Assembly (NCBI GenBank): GCA_049412325.1
Contig: JBMSEL010000004.1
Coordinates: 11,075-75,074 of the forward strand
Direction: 5' to 3'
Source of the DNA: Poseidonia sp.
GTDB lineage: Archaea; Thermoplasmatota; Poseidoniia; Poseidoniales; Poseidoniaceae
Length of the DNA: 64,000 nucleotides
This document shows, piece after piece, positions 50,069 through 59,254 of this stretch. The position numbers were made by a program, and so were the translations under genes. Position 1 is the first letter of the stretch. Every line of letters begins with the position of its first letter. The notes beneath the pieces are model-generated. The model ran no database searches. It saw nothing but the letters and a program-made list of their open reading frames with translations, and was not told the DNA's origin.

Positions 50069-51948
50069 TGTAATTCACCTCCATTGATGGCGCCCCATGC
50101 CGTTAATTGCGCCCTCGCCGCTTGTGTGAGTGAATACTTGCGTGAGCGCCCTACTTGACGTGCCTGCAAAATACCGTGCTTCAGGAGGCGATTACTGATC
50201 TGGGAGAGGCGAGCGCGTTTGATCTTCAGGTGCGTCAACACTTCCTCGTCCGAGGGTGAGTAAGCACGCTCATGTGCGAGGGCCACGATGTAACTCTCAC
50301 TCGAATTCAAGGAGCCGAGAAGATGCTTGTTGAGGGCATAAGATTCGTTGGGCCCTGTACGTTCACGAATACGGCCTTCAAGAAATGCCAGAAGGCCCTG
50401 ATGGTGCGAGTTGGACATGGATTGACCCGTACCCAAGAGACCGGCGAGCGCTGACAACAGCGCTCTGTCCGTCAATTGTTCAGCCTCAGCAGGCATCGAA
50501 CCCATCGGTTGGTATGCAGCAGCATCGAACCCGTCGGTTGGTTCTCCCTCGTCGACCTCTTCCATCATCCCGATTTCATCGTGGAGCAACATGGCCGATT
50601 CCTCTTCAGGGATCTCTTCTGGTAGCGATGGAGGAAGGATTTCTTCAGCCACCCAATACTCATACTCGCTCGAGGCGTCAATGAGTTCTTGCCGGGGAGG
50701 TTGTTTCTCCTCCTCCTCCATCTCATCTGTTTTCGTGGCCGTTTTGGCGTCTTTGTTGCGGTTGGCCAATCCTTTGAACATCCCGTGTACCGGCGTGCGG
50801 CCGCCCAACGCCTGGTCAGCATCGATGATGGGGGGGTTGAGCGGGTTGGGCTGTAACGGTTCGTCCTCTGCCTGTTGCTCGTTCAGACGATCCATGTCCA
50901 ATTCAAAGCCCGCCAAGGCGGGAGGTTCTGAGGCGCTTGCATCCATGTTGCTCGCGAGGGACGGGCGTTGATCCCACGGCATTGAGGCATCAATCACCTC
51001 GGAGGAGGCCTCTGAAAGGGGTTCTTCCTCTGGAGGTTGCACCGTGGTGTGGCCAGAAGGTTCACCATCAGCCATGGGTGGCTCTTGTGCTCCTGGTTCG
51101 TGGTCGAAGGCGGGGGTCTCTTCATAACCCATCAATCGGTGAAGACGTTCAGGTTCATCTCGAGGTTGAATCCTCGCCGAGGTGTCGAGAAACGGTGCTG
51201 GCACCTCCTCCGATTGACGCATCCGAATGCTGTCCACCGCATCACGAAGGATGGTGATGACCGAAGCAGGGTAGCCATCGCACTTGTCGAGGATGGTCGT
51301 GGCGTCTTGCATGGTGAACGAACTGTCCATGACGCCAACTGAAGCAAGGCGTTGTCGAACCAGCGCCATCACATCGTTGGCAGTGAATGGAGAAAGTCGA
51401 AACGACTCAAAGCCATCCACGACGGCACCCGGTAGCTGGTGACGCTCTTTGATATCACAGACCAAAACAAGCAAGGCGTTGAGTCGCTCGAGCGAGGAAT
51501 GAGCATCCCGCAGGGCAACTTCCAACACCGAGAGGTCGCTCGCTGGAACGTCGATGACGATCATGGGCAATTTGTCGTTGTAGGCGTACATTTCATTGAC
51601 GAGCTCCGTGACAAGTTCGGTTCGGTTGACCGGCGGCTCCCCACCGATCATTTGGCGATAGCACATGCTGAGCAGCGAAGTCGCAGGAGAATGAGCAGGA
51701 AGGTGATCGATGGTTGCCACGGCCGCAGCATAGGTTTTCAGGCAACTGACCAGGGACGTCCGCCCGGAACCCAACGGGCCCAGCAACATCACTCGGCGAG
51801 CAGACCGGAATCGCAAGAAATTCTGAAGGCGGGTGAAGATGTCATCACGGCCGACCAGTTTACCCGACTCGCCAGGTTCGAGAGGGCGAATCGAAAATGG
51901 GTTTTCCTCCAAACAAGGTAAGCCATAAGCATGGGTTTCGCGAACCAT
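50065..51948 (-). CDS. Degenerate AAA+ (Orc/Cdc6- or Arch_ATPase-like) domain, long acidic disordered linker, C-terminal winged-helix protein
   Basis: 'LVGRDDIFTRLQNFL...VMLLGPLGSGRTSLV' is a P-loop with Arg in place of the Walker A Lys. The Walker B-like 'PMIVIDVP' lacks the D-E pair. About 250 aa are Glu/Asp/Pro-rich. The C-terminal 'RARLSQISNRLLKHGILQARQVGRSRKYSLT' is wHTH-like. ATG at 51948 lies about 23 nt downstream of a TATA-like 'GATATACTT'. The alternative start is a GTG at 51999. Confidence 0.6.
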   Translation of the reverse strand: MVRETHAYGLPCLEENPFSIRPLEPGESGKLVGRDDIFTRLQNFLRFRSARRVMLLGPLGSGRTSLVSCLKTYAAAVATIDHLPAHSPATSLLSMCYRQMIGGEPPVNRTELVTELVNEMYAYNDKLPMIVIDVPASDLSVLEVALRDAHSSLERLNALLVLVCDIKERHQLPGAVVDGFESFRLSPFTANDVMALVRQRLASVGVMDSSFTMQDATTILDKCDGYPASVITILRDAVDSIRMRQSEEVPAPFLDTSARIQPRDEPERLHRLMGYEETPAFDHEPGAQEPPMADGEPSGHTTVQPPEEEPLSEASSEVIDASMPWDQRPSLASNMDASASEPPALAGFELDMDRLNEQQAEDEPLQPNPLNPPIIDADQALGGRTPVHGMFKGLANRNKDAKTATKTDEMEEEEKQPPRQELIDASSEYEYWVAEEILPPSLPEEIPEEESAMLLHDEIGMMEEVDEGEPTDGFDAAAYQPMGSMPAEAEQLTDRALLSALAGLLGTGQSMSNSHHQGLLAFLEGRIRERTGPNESYALNKHLLGSLNSSESYIVALAHERAYSPSDEEVLTHLKIKRARLSQISNRLLKHGILQARQVGRSRKYSLTQAARAQLTAWGAINGGELQ

Positions 51949-52007
51949 GGCCGAGCAACTTTCTCCAAGTATATCATGTTTCACCGGAGCAGAGGGCACT
52001 GCGATAC

Positions 52008-52110
52008 CGTTAGCACACGTTAATCGCTTTACCGAGCAGAGGAGATGGGTGTTTTTAACGCGTGATTAACGCAACATTAACGCGTTAACCGAGGCGTTAG
52101 AAGCGTTAAT
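52008..52110. repeat. Array of 8 (A)TTAACGC-type motifs: 3 direct copies at 11-bp phase, central 12-bp palindrome, inverted copies
   Basis: TTAACGC at 52055-61, 52066-72 and 52077-83. GCGTTAA at 52082-88 and 52103-09, and GCGTTAG at 52094-100. Degenerate CGTTAG at 52008-13 and CGTTAA at 52018-23. TTAACGCGTTAA at 52077-88 is a perfect palindrome. Confidence 0.7.
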
Positions 52111-52182
52111 TTCCCGTGTTCGCCAACGACCCTCCAGCGATTGATTGAAGGAACGAAGGCCCCACCCATCAACGGGAGCGAC

Positions 52183-53481
52183 ATGCCGGTTGAAAACAGT
52201 CGAGTCAAAGGATTGTACAAACTCAGCGTTGAAGAGCGCCGTTCCTTGGTTGCTGCGGCGGCCGACCTCTCAGACGCTCATGTCGCCGCCCTGGCCGCCC
52301 ACGGAGAATTGGACGAAACCGCAGCAGACCGAATGATCGAGAACGTCATCGGCACGATGTCGCTCCCAGTGGGCGTGGCCACGAACTTCGTCATCGACGG
52401 CTCGCATTACCTCATCCCGTTTTGCCTTGAAGAATCGAGCGTTGTCGCCGCTGCCTCAAACATGGCCAAGCGCTGCTTGCACCATGGTGGCTTCACGACC
52501 AACAACGACGCTCCCGTCATGATCGGCCAGATTCAACTCTTGGACATTGAAGATCTCGAGCAAGCAATCGCTCACATCACGGACGCCAAAGACGATTTGA
52601 TGACATTTTGCAACGATATCCCTTCCCGAATGATCGCAATGGGCGGAGGCTGCAAGAACATCGAAGTTCGTCGTTTGCCCACCCACGTAGGTGAGATGCT
52701 CATCGTTCATCTGCTGGTGGATTGCCGTGATGCCATGGGGGCCAACGCCGTCAACACCATGGCAGAGCGCGTGGCACCTCGCTTGGAAGCGTTGACGGGT
52801 GGACGGGCTCATCTTCGCATCCTTTCCAACCTTGCTGGACACCGCCTGGCCCGTGTGCAAGCGGTGTTTACGCCTGAAGAAATGGCATCCGATGGAACCC
52901 GAGAGGACGGCTTGGCCGTCATTGAAGGCATCCTTGAAGCCCATGCTTTCGCCGTAGAAGACCCGTTTCGAGCCACCACGCACAACAAAGGCGTGATGAA
53001 CGCCATTAGCAGCGTAGCGCTTGCCTGCGGGCAAGATTGGAGAGCGATTGAAGCTGGCTGTCATGCATGGACGACCATGGCGGACGGACGCTATACATCC
53101 ATGTCAGACTGGGCGCAGGACAGCGAGGGCAATCTGGTTGGAAGCATGGACCTGCCCATGGCCGTCGGCATCGTCGGCGGTGCCTCCAAAGTCCACCCTG
53201 CTGCACAAGCGAACCTTGCCATCTTGGGCGTGGAAACGGCCCAAGAGTTGGCCGGCATCATTCTGTGCGCAGGTTTGGCGCAAAATTTGGGAGCGCTCCG
53301 GGCCCTTTCAACCAAAGGAATCCAAGCGGGCCACATGAAACTCCATGCGAAGAACATGGCCGTCAGTGCTGGAGCGGTGGGTGAAGAGATTGAGATCTTG
53401 GCTGCTCGACTCCAAGCCCATGAAGGCCACCGAACCCAAACCTTGGTCGAATCGTGGCTGAAAGAACTTCGCGGCGAGTGA
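52183..53481 (+). CDS. hmgA: HMG-CoA reductase, class II
   Basis: 'ENVIGTMSLPVGVATNFVIDG..YLIPFCLEESSVVAAASNMAK' shows the class II 'EE(P/S)SVVAA' block, whereas class I has 'TTEGCLVAS'. Also 'DAMGANAVNT' and 'GHMKLHA'. ATG at 52183; the track start is a TTG at 52141. Confidence 0.9.
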   Translation: MPVENSRVKGLYKLSVEERRSLVAAAADLSDAHVAALAAHGELDETAADRMIENVIGTMSLPVGVATNFVIDGSHYLIPFCLEESSVVAAASNMAKRCLHHGGFTTNNDAPVMIGQIQLLDIEDLEQAIAHITDAKDDLMTFCNDIPSRMIAMGGGCKNIEVRRLPTHVGEMLIVHLLVDCRDAMGANAVNTMAERVAPRLEALTGGRAHLRILSNLAGHRLARVQAVFTPEEMASDGTREDGLAVIEGILEAHAFAVEDPFRATTHNKGVMNAISSVALACGQDWRAIEAGCHAWTTMADGRYTSMSDWAQDSEGNLVGSMDLPMAVGIVGGASKVHPAAQANLAILGVETAQELAGIILCAGLAQNLGALRALSTKGIQAGHMKLHAKNMAVSAGAVGEEIEILAARLQAHEGHRTQTLVESWLKELRGE

Positions 53482-53483
53482 AA

Positions 53484-54095
53484 TCATTCTTCTTCGCCAA
53501 CCGGAAGCGACGACTGGACCGTCCCCTCTTCATCGGATTCCTCTCGTAGGATCTCTTTGCTGTCGCCAAGTTCATCCAACAAACCACTCGATTGGACCTG
53601 TTCTCGGAACCACGCCTTGACCTTTTTTCGGTCCGTATGCGGGCACCCAAAGGCTTCGGAAAATCGGCGCGTGGTCGCCAGACGCCGGGTGTTCCCGTCC
53701 TTCCGGCGGTCAATCATGCCGTGTTGGGCGAGTTCTCGAACGTAATCGTAGGCCTTCTGGCCGAGCAGTTCCACCAACCGGGATTGGGGCATGGGCTGGT
53801 GGTAGGCGATAAGAGCGGCCGCTTTGAGCAACTTGGGCGGCATGTCGGTCTTGGTCTCCCGAGGCAAGTGCGAGGCGATGGCGGGCTTGACCTCAAGGGC
53901 CCAGCGGTCGCCAACTTCAGCCAGCTGAAGCGCACCACCCTTACGTCGCTTGAGCGTGGCTTGAAGGGAACCAAGGCAGTCGAGCATCTCGTCCTCATCA
54001 TAACCCAAAACCTTGGACAATTCATCCACGGACATGGATTTCCCTGAACTGAACAGGGTCGCCTCAATCAGGGATTCCAACGGTACTTCTGCCAT
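53484..54095 (-). CDS. scpB: Segregation and condensation protein B
   Basis: 'LIEATLFSSGKSMSVDELSKVLG' and a second wHTH 'ALIAYHQPMPQSRLVELLG'. ATG at 54095 has a GAGGGAG SD. Alternative ATG at 54122. Confidence 0.8.
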   Translation of the reverse strand: MAEVPLESLIEATLFSSGKSMSVDELSKVLGYDEDEMLDCLGSLQATLKRRKGGALQLAEVGDRWALEVKPAIASHLPRETKTDMPPKLLKAAALIAYHQPMPQSRLVELLGQKAYDYVRELAQHGMIDRRKDGNTRRLATTRRFSEAFGCPHTDRKKVKAWFREQVQSSGLLDELGDSKEILREESDEEGTVQSSLPVGEEE

Positions 54096-54102
54096 GTCTC
54101 CC

Positions 54103-55314
54103 TCACTCCACCAACCAATCATGTTCCTCGAAGCCTTCGGCAGACTCCACCTCAACCGCTACCTCCGGCGATTGATGTTCGGCCTCTTTCGCAGCCTTGG
54201 CCTCCAACTTGGCCTGTCGACGGACCTCCCGTTCTTCGGCCAACCTTGCACGCTCAGCGATGGCTTCCATGCGATGTTCCGAGCCAGTGGTTTGACCGTC
54301 GAGCTCAACCGCATCCTCGGCCATCAAGGCCTCAACCGCCTCGAGGACGTCAGTGAAGGATGTCAAATCAGGCCAGAGGTCCTCGATCATGATGTTGGCG
54401 ACCGCCTCACCTTCCTGGGTGATGCTGGCCATCCGTCGATGCGTGAGGAACAAACCAGCGATGAATGAAGCGACGAAGGCCTCGCTTTCTGGATCCCCAA
54501 GCGACGTCCCAAAAGTGGAGACCAGCAGTGGTTTGAGCCTCGCCATGACATCGACCAGAGGGACAACGGAGGAACTGGCCGCTTCACATGTTGCTTTCAG
54601 AGCACGCCAGCAGCGTTCAATGTCACCTTCGAGGTCTTCATTGTGCATGCGCCCCCCAATGTCTTGGAGGTATTCACTCAGTTCTCGCTCGTGCTCAATA
54701 CGATTGATCTCACGCTGTTTGAGTGCCTCTGCATCGTCTGCTGCATCCTTGAAGGCCGACAGCAGTTCGGCAAGCGTCACCGGCCGGCCTTCATCGCGAC
54801 GGACCCGTTCGTCAAACAGATTGGTGAGAAGGTCATCTGCGTCCCCGTCAAGAACGGATTGGGTGAAAAAGAAAGCTTCGTCGTCGTATTCGCTCTCCCA
54901 TCCAAAGCCGTGGTCATCGTCCCACACCTCTTCCTCAACAGGCTGAATTTTCTCGAAGAGAACGGCAGATTGGTGGTGCAGCACCTCCCATGAGAGGCGA
55001 ATGAGGCGCCCGCATGCAGGCAAGTCGAGATTTTCACCGTCCTTGACACGCTGAGCGAACACCGAAAGGAAGGCCGAAAGGTCGACATCCCACGGATTGA
55101 AGGCTTCTTCGCGTACCAGAGAGAGGACCAAGGCAACCGAACGGTCAAACGGATCATGGAGACTTTGGTGCTCGGCTTCTTCGGTCGCAGCGATGGAGGC
55201 GATTCGTTGTCCGAACTGCTCAGCATCCTCTCGGTCTTCGCCTTGACCGAGAAGCTGGTCAATGACTTCCTGTTGGAGGAACCACCGGTCCAGCATGCTC
55301 TGTTCTTCTGCCAC
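54103..55314 (-). CDS. scpA: Segregation and condensation protein A (kleisin), extended form
   Basis: 'FNPWDVDLSAFLSVF' is the N-terminal ScpA motif and 'RPVTLAELLSAF' also fits. It lies between smc and scpB. GTG at 55314 is preceded by GAGGTGG. At 403 aa it exceeds the usual length of about 250. Confidence 0.75.
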   Translation of the reverse strand: MAEEQSMLDRWFLQQEVIDQLLGQGEDREDAEQFGQRIASIAATEEAEHQSLHDPFDRSVALVLSLVREEAFNPWDVDLSAFLSVFAQRVKDGENLDLPACGRLIRLSWEVLHHQSAVLFEKIQPVEEEVWDDDHGFGWESEYDDEAFFFTQSVLDGDADDLLTNLFDERVRRDEGRPVTLAELLSAFKDAADDAEALKQREINRIEHERELSEYLQDIGGRMHNEDLEGDIERCWRALKATCEAASSSVVPLVDVMARLKPLLVSTFGTSLGDPESEAFVASFIAGLFLTHRRMASITQEGEAVANIMIEDLWPDLTSFTDVLEAVEALMAEDAVELDGQTTGSEHRMEAIAERARLAEEREVRRQAKLEAKAAKEAEHQSPEVAVEVESAEGFEEHDWLVE

Positions 55315-55323
55315 GTTTCCACC

Positions 55324-58300
55324 TCACTGTTCTTCTGATTCCACCAGGGGGTCGCTCTCAGTCAGTTCCTCTGAGGCGTCGCTTTGTTCGGCTTCAGCCA
55401 CCTGCGTGGCGATTTCTGCCCGCTCGTTGATGTCCTCAGTCATCTCACTCGTGCGTTCCATCAAACCACCGAGCGATGCCTCGGCGGTGGGGGAAGCCTC
55501 AGCCTCATCGTGCATGTGATTCAACAAACCGCCAAGACTGCGCGGGACAGTGAGGGGGTCGGGAACTTCGGGCATGTCTTGGGCGGCAGCCACGGCGTCC
55601 ATGATGCGACTCTCGTTTTTGTCGGCGTCTTTCTGGGCTTCTTTGAGAGCAGCCTCGCCCAGCGCGATGGCGCGTTCACGGTCAAAGTCAAGGATACGTC
55701 GACTGCAACCGTCCCCGCCATGCGTAATGCCGATGTGGTGGTCGGCCAGCTTGAGCGAGACTTTGCGAAGGGTGACCATGATGAATTGGGCTCGCTTGCT
55801 GCGTTCTCGGCACATCTTGGCAATCCGTTCTGCATTGTAAGCGTCGAGGTTTTGGTCAACTTCGTCAAAGTAGTAAAACGGACTTGGATCGTAATCTTGG
55901 ATGGCAAAAATGAGCGCCAGAGCTGCCATTGATTGCTCTCCACCAGAGAGTTGCTGACGGCTGACCTTGGATGATTTCCCACGCGGTTGAGCCCAGAGTT
56001 CCAAGCCGCCCTTGAACGGCTCTTCGGGGTTCTCAAGGAACAGTTCACCCCGCCCGCCATCCGAGAGTTGGTGGTAAGAGACTTTGAAATTCTCGTTGAC
56101 CTTTTCCAGCACGGCGACCAAACGTTCCTTGCGCTGGGTTTCCAATTGTTCAGTGACCTCAATCAAATGCTTGCGACGCGCCTGGAGAGTGGCGAATTCG
56201 TCCTTCATCAGGTCAAGGCGTGCCTGGCACTCATCGTATTGTTCGATGGCCATCATGTTGACGTTACCGAAGCCTTCCATGCGACGTTGCAGATTGCGGA
56301 GATCTCGCTCCAATTCACCAACATTCTTCAGCCCATCTGGCAGATCGTTGAGGGAAAGATTGGCATCGATGAGTTCCTGAGCCATGAGTTGAACTTCGGC
56401 TTCTTTGTCACTGATGGTTCGCAACAATTCTTCTGCGAGGCGACGATGATTTTGTGCTTGAATGAGGCGTTCTTCGTTTCGAACCCGGAGGGTGGCCCGT
56501 TGGTCGGTGAGCTCCTGCCGCTCTTGCTCCAGACCTTGGTTTTCTTCGAGATAGACGGCCTGTTCGTCTTTTTTGGCCTTGAGAGCGATTCGATCGGTCG
56601 CCAGCGTGGCTTCCAGTTCATCGATTCGAACAAGACGTGTTTCCTTGTTCTCGTTGAGGGAGTTAAGCCGCCCCTGAGTTTCGTCCACCCTTCGCTGAAG
56701 TAGCGCTTGATGACTGGTGCCGCTGCTGAGGACTTCCTCAGCCTTGTCCTTCGCCCCGTTGGCCGTCACGCGCAACAAGTCAACGGCATGCATGCGCTCC
56801 CGAAGATGTTCGGGACTGGCAGCCTCAACGGCCTCTTTGGCCATTTCATACGCTTCCTTTGAACTCGCGAGAATTCGGTCAGCCGCATCAAGGCCACGAA
56901 GGGCTTCTTGGGCACTTTGCCGCAACTCGTCCAATTTCAATTCAAGGCCAGCGACAACCCCTTGCGCCTTTTTGTGCGCTTGGCCAACTTGCTTTTGCTC
57001 AGCCTTGACCTCTCGCACTTCAGTGGCGTATGAATCGTCGACCATGGCGTTGATCTTATTTCGGATGCTTTGTTGGTTCGTTCGAGCTTCCCTGAGGGCT
57101 TCGTTGACGGTTTGTTCCATCAGATGGAATTTCTCGACCTCGGCCGTGTGCTTCTCCACCTCAGAGGCGCCCTGGATGCGACCGCCGAAGGCGATGTTCA
57201 TTTTTCGCTTGGAGCCACCGACCATGGCACCGCCCGATTCAATGACGTCGCCTCGGAGCGTGACGAAGCGAGTCCCGCCCATGTACTGGCGAGCGACGCT
57301 GAGGTTCTCCACAATCAGCGTGTTTCGCAGTGCAAAGCGAACAGCTACGTCGATGCGAGGGTCGTAATCCAACATCTCGTGAGCAAAGCCGAGCACGCCT
57401 TCTTTCCGGGCGGTCATGACGGTTTTTCCACCTGCTCGAGAACTGCTCAATTTGTTGAGGGGGAGGAACGTGGCACGACCGGCACGATTCTCAGCCAACC
57501 AACGGATGGCATTGGCTGCATCTTGGTCCGTTTCGACGACGACGGAAGCCATACCTGCGCCGATGGCGGTAGCGAGGGCAATTTCGTGAGCACTGTCTTT
57601 AGGAGCACACAGTTCGGCCACGGTTCCAATGATGCCCTTCAACGCTTGACTGTCTCGTGCCCCCAGAACTGCGCTGGCACCGCCTGCCAACCCCTTGGCA
57701 CCGGATTTCTGTTCCATCTCTGCCTTGGCGAGGCTCAAGGCCCGCTCGGCTTCGCGCAACCGAACTTCGATCCTCGTACGGTCCTCGGAGAGTTGAGCCT
57801 CCGCTCGTTGAGCCTCGGTCAATTGGAGAGCGAGGGCTGCACGGTCGTATTCCGGTGCATCTTCAGCCAATTCTTGCAGCCTGATGTCAAGTTCGCCAAG
57901 GGCTAAGCGAATCTCCTCAGACTCCTGCTGGGCATCGGCGAGTTGCTGGCCGACAAGGTCTGCTTCGACGGCCAGTTTATCCACCTCGGATTGGGCCTCG
58001 GCCCGTTGGGCTTCATGCCCGGCAACCTGTGTTTCTGCTGCCCCCAAGGCTTCGCTGAGATGCTGGTTCTTCTCGCCAGCCGTGGCCAGTGCATCTCGCA
58101 CCTGCTGCTCCTCGGCTTGAGCCTGCTCAAGTTGTTGAAGCGCTTCTGCAAGGGCGGCATTCGCGGAGACAAGGCTCGCTTTGAACGTCGAGAGTTCCTC
58201 GTTCGCTTCCTGTAATTGCTCACCAAGGGCAGCGATTTCCAGTGCTTCATCTTCTTCTTCTTTGGCCGCTTCAGTGAGGCGGTCGTTGTTGAGTTCAATG

Positions 58301-59238
58301 GCGACTTGCAGGGCTTGGATGGCTTGACCGAGTTCCGAAGTCTCGCCGCCTGTCAGTTGATTGATCTCTTTTTGGAGTTCGGCGATTTTGTCGTCAAGTT
58401 CCAACAGCGTTTTCTCCGTTGCTTTGTGCTCGTCAAGCAAGTCTTGGCTCTGCGTCAGGTACTTTTGTCGCTCCTCGTTGTGGAACGCCAACTCGTTCTT
58501 GAGTGTTGCATAGCGAGATTGGAGCAGCATGGCATTCGTGACCTGAATGGCATCCGAGACTTCCTTCGCTTTTTGAGCGACGTGACGTTCCTTGGCCAAG
58601 GTGGACAAGCGCTCGAGTTGTTCTTTCTCCAACAGCCCAATGCGGTCAAGATAATTCTCAACCATCTCTTTCTGCTTGTTGGCCTTGCGAATTTCGTCAT
58701 CGTAGGATGTGACTCCAGCGACGTTGTCGAGCACTTTGCGGCGTTCGTTGGCGGTCATTTTCGCCAGGCTCGTGACATCGCCTTGCAGCACGATGTTGTA
58801 ACCATCGGGACGAGCGTTGGCTGCACCGAGAAGACGATGGAACACCTTCTGTGTGCTGTCCTCACCATTGAGTTTGTAGGTGGTCACCGGGTTGTTCGAA
58901 GCGGTCAAACGAATGCTTCGGGACATGCGAATTTCTTCCTTGTCCAGCGGCAGGCGGCGACGGCCATTACTCATCACAGGATTAGCAAAGACAAGAGTAA
59001 CGGAACATTCTCGTGCAGGCTTGGAATTCTTTCCGCCGTTGAAGATCAAATCCGTGGAGTTTTGGGCCCGAATCACCCGGTTCGATTTTGGTCCGAGGAC
59101 GAACTGAATCGCATCGCCACAATTTGATTTTCCAGAACCGTTTGGCCCCGTGATGGCCGTAAAACCACGATCCAAGGGGACGGTCACTTCGCCCTTGAAC
59201 GATTTGAAATTGAGCACTTCAAGTGATTTTAGGTACAT
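55324..59238 (-). CDS. smc: Chromosome segregation ATPase SMC with acidic C-terminal extension
   Basis: Walker A 'GPNGSGKSN', long coiled coils, a hinge 'GIIGTVAELC...', the signature 'LSGGEQSMAALALIFAI' and Walker B 'FYYFDEVDQNLD'. About 125 aa follow the head domain. Confidence 0.95.
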   Translation of the reverse strand: MYLKSLEVLNFKSFKGEVTVPLDRGFTAITGPNGSGKSNCGDAIQFVLGPKSNRVIRAQNSTDLIFNGGKNSKPARECSVTLVFANPVMSNGRRRLPLDKEEIRMSRSIRLTASNNPVTTYKLNGEDSTQKVFHRLLGAANARPDGYNIVLQGDVTSLAKMTANERRKVLDNVAGVTSYDDEIRKANKQKEMVENYLDRIGLLEKEQLERLSTLAKERHVAQKAKEVSDAIQVTNAMLLQSRYATLKNELAFHNEERQKYLTQSQDLLDEHKATEKTLLELDDKIAELQKEINQLTGGETSELGQAIQALQVAIELNNDRLTEAAKEEEDEALEIAALGEQLQEANEELSTFKASLVSANAALAEALQQLEQAQAEEQQVRDALATAGEKNQHLSEALGAAETQVAGHEAQRAEAQSEVDKLAVEADLVGQQLADAQQESEEIRLALGELDIRLQELAEDAPEYDRAALALQLTEAQRAEAQLSEDRTRIEVRLREAERALSLAKAEMEQKSGAKGLAGGASAVLGARDSQALKGIIGTVAELCAPKDSAHEIALATAIGAGMASVVVETDQDAANAIRWLAENRAGRATFLPLNKLSSSRAGGKTVMTARKEGVLGFAHEMLDYDPRIDVAVRFALRNTLIVENLSVARQYMGGTRFVTLRGDVIESGGAMVGGSKRKMNIAFGGRIQGASEVEKHTAEVEKFHLMEQTVNEALREARTNQQSIRNKINAMVDDSYATEVREVKAEQKQVGQAHKKAQGVVAGLELKLDELRQSAQEALRGLDAADRILASSKEAYEMAKEAVEAASPEHLRERMHAVDLLRVTANGAKDKAEEVLSSGTSHQALLQRRVDETQGRLNSLNENKETRLVRIDELEATLATDRIALKAKKDEQAVYLEENQGLEQERQELTDQRATLRVRNEERLIQAQNHRRLAEELLRTISDKEAEVQLMAQELIDANLSLNDLPDGLKNVGELERDLRNLQRRMEGFGNVNMMAIEQYDECQARLDLMKDEFATLQARRKHLIEVTEQLETQRKERLVAVLEKVNENFKVSYHQLSDGGRGELFLENPEEPFKGGLELWAQPRGKSSKVSRQQLSGGEQSMAALALIFAIQDYDPSPFYYFDEVDQNLDAYNAERIAKMCRERSKRAQFIMVTLRKVSLKLADHHIGITHGGDGCSRRILDFDRERAIALGEAALKEAQKDADKNESRIMDAVAAAQDMPEVPDPLTVPRSLGGLLNHMHDEAEASPTAEASLGGLMERTSEMTEDINERAEIATQVAEAEQSDASEELTESDPLVESEEQ

Positions 59239-59254
59239 CCCTATCCCTCATGCA

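Noticed and set aside
55311-55330. 'GTTTCCAC', which resembles part of archaeal ORB/mini-ORB consensus sequences.
   Set aside because: It is a single copy at the smc/scpA junction. On the coding strand it reads GAGGTGGAAAC-GTG, which is simply the scpA Shine-Dalgarno plus spacer.
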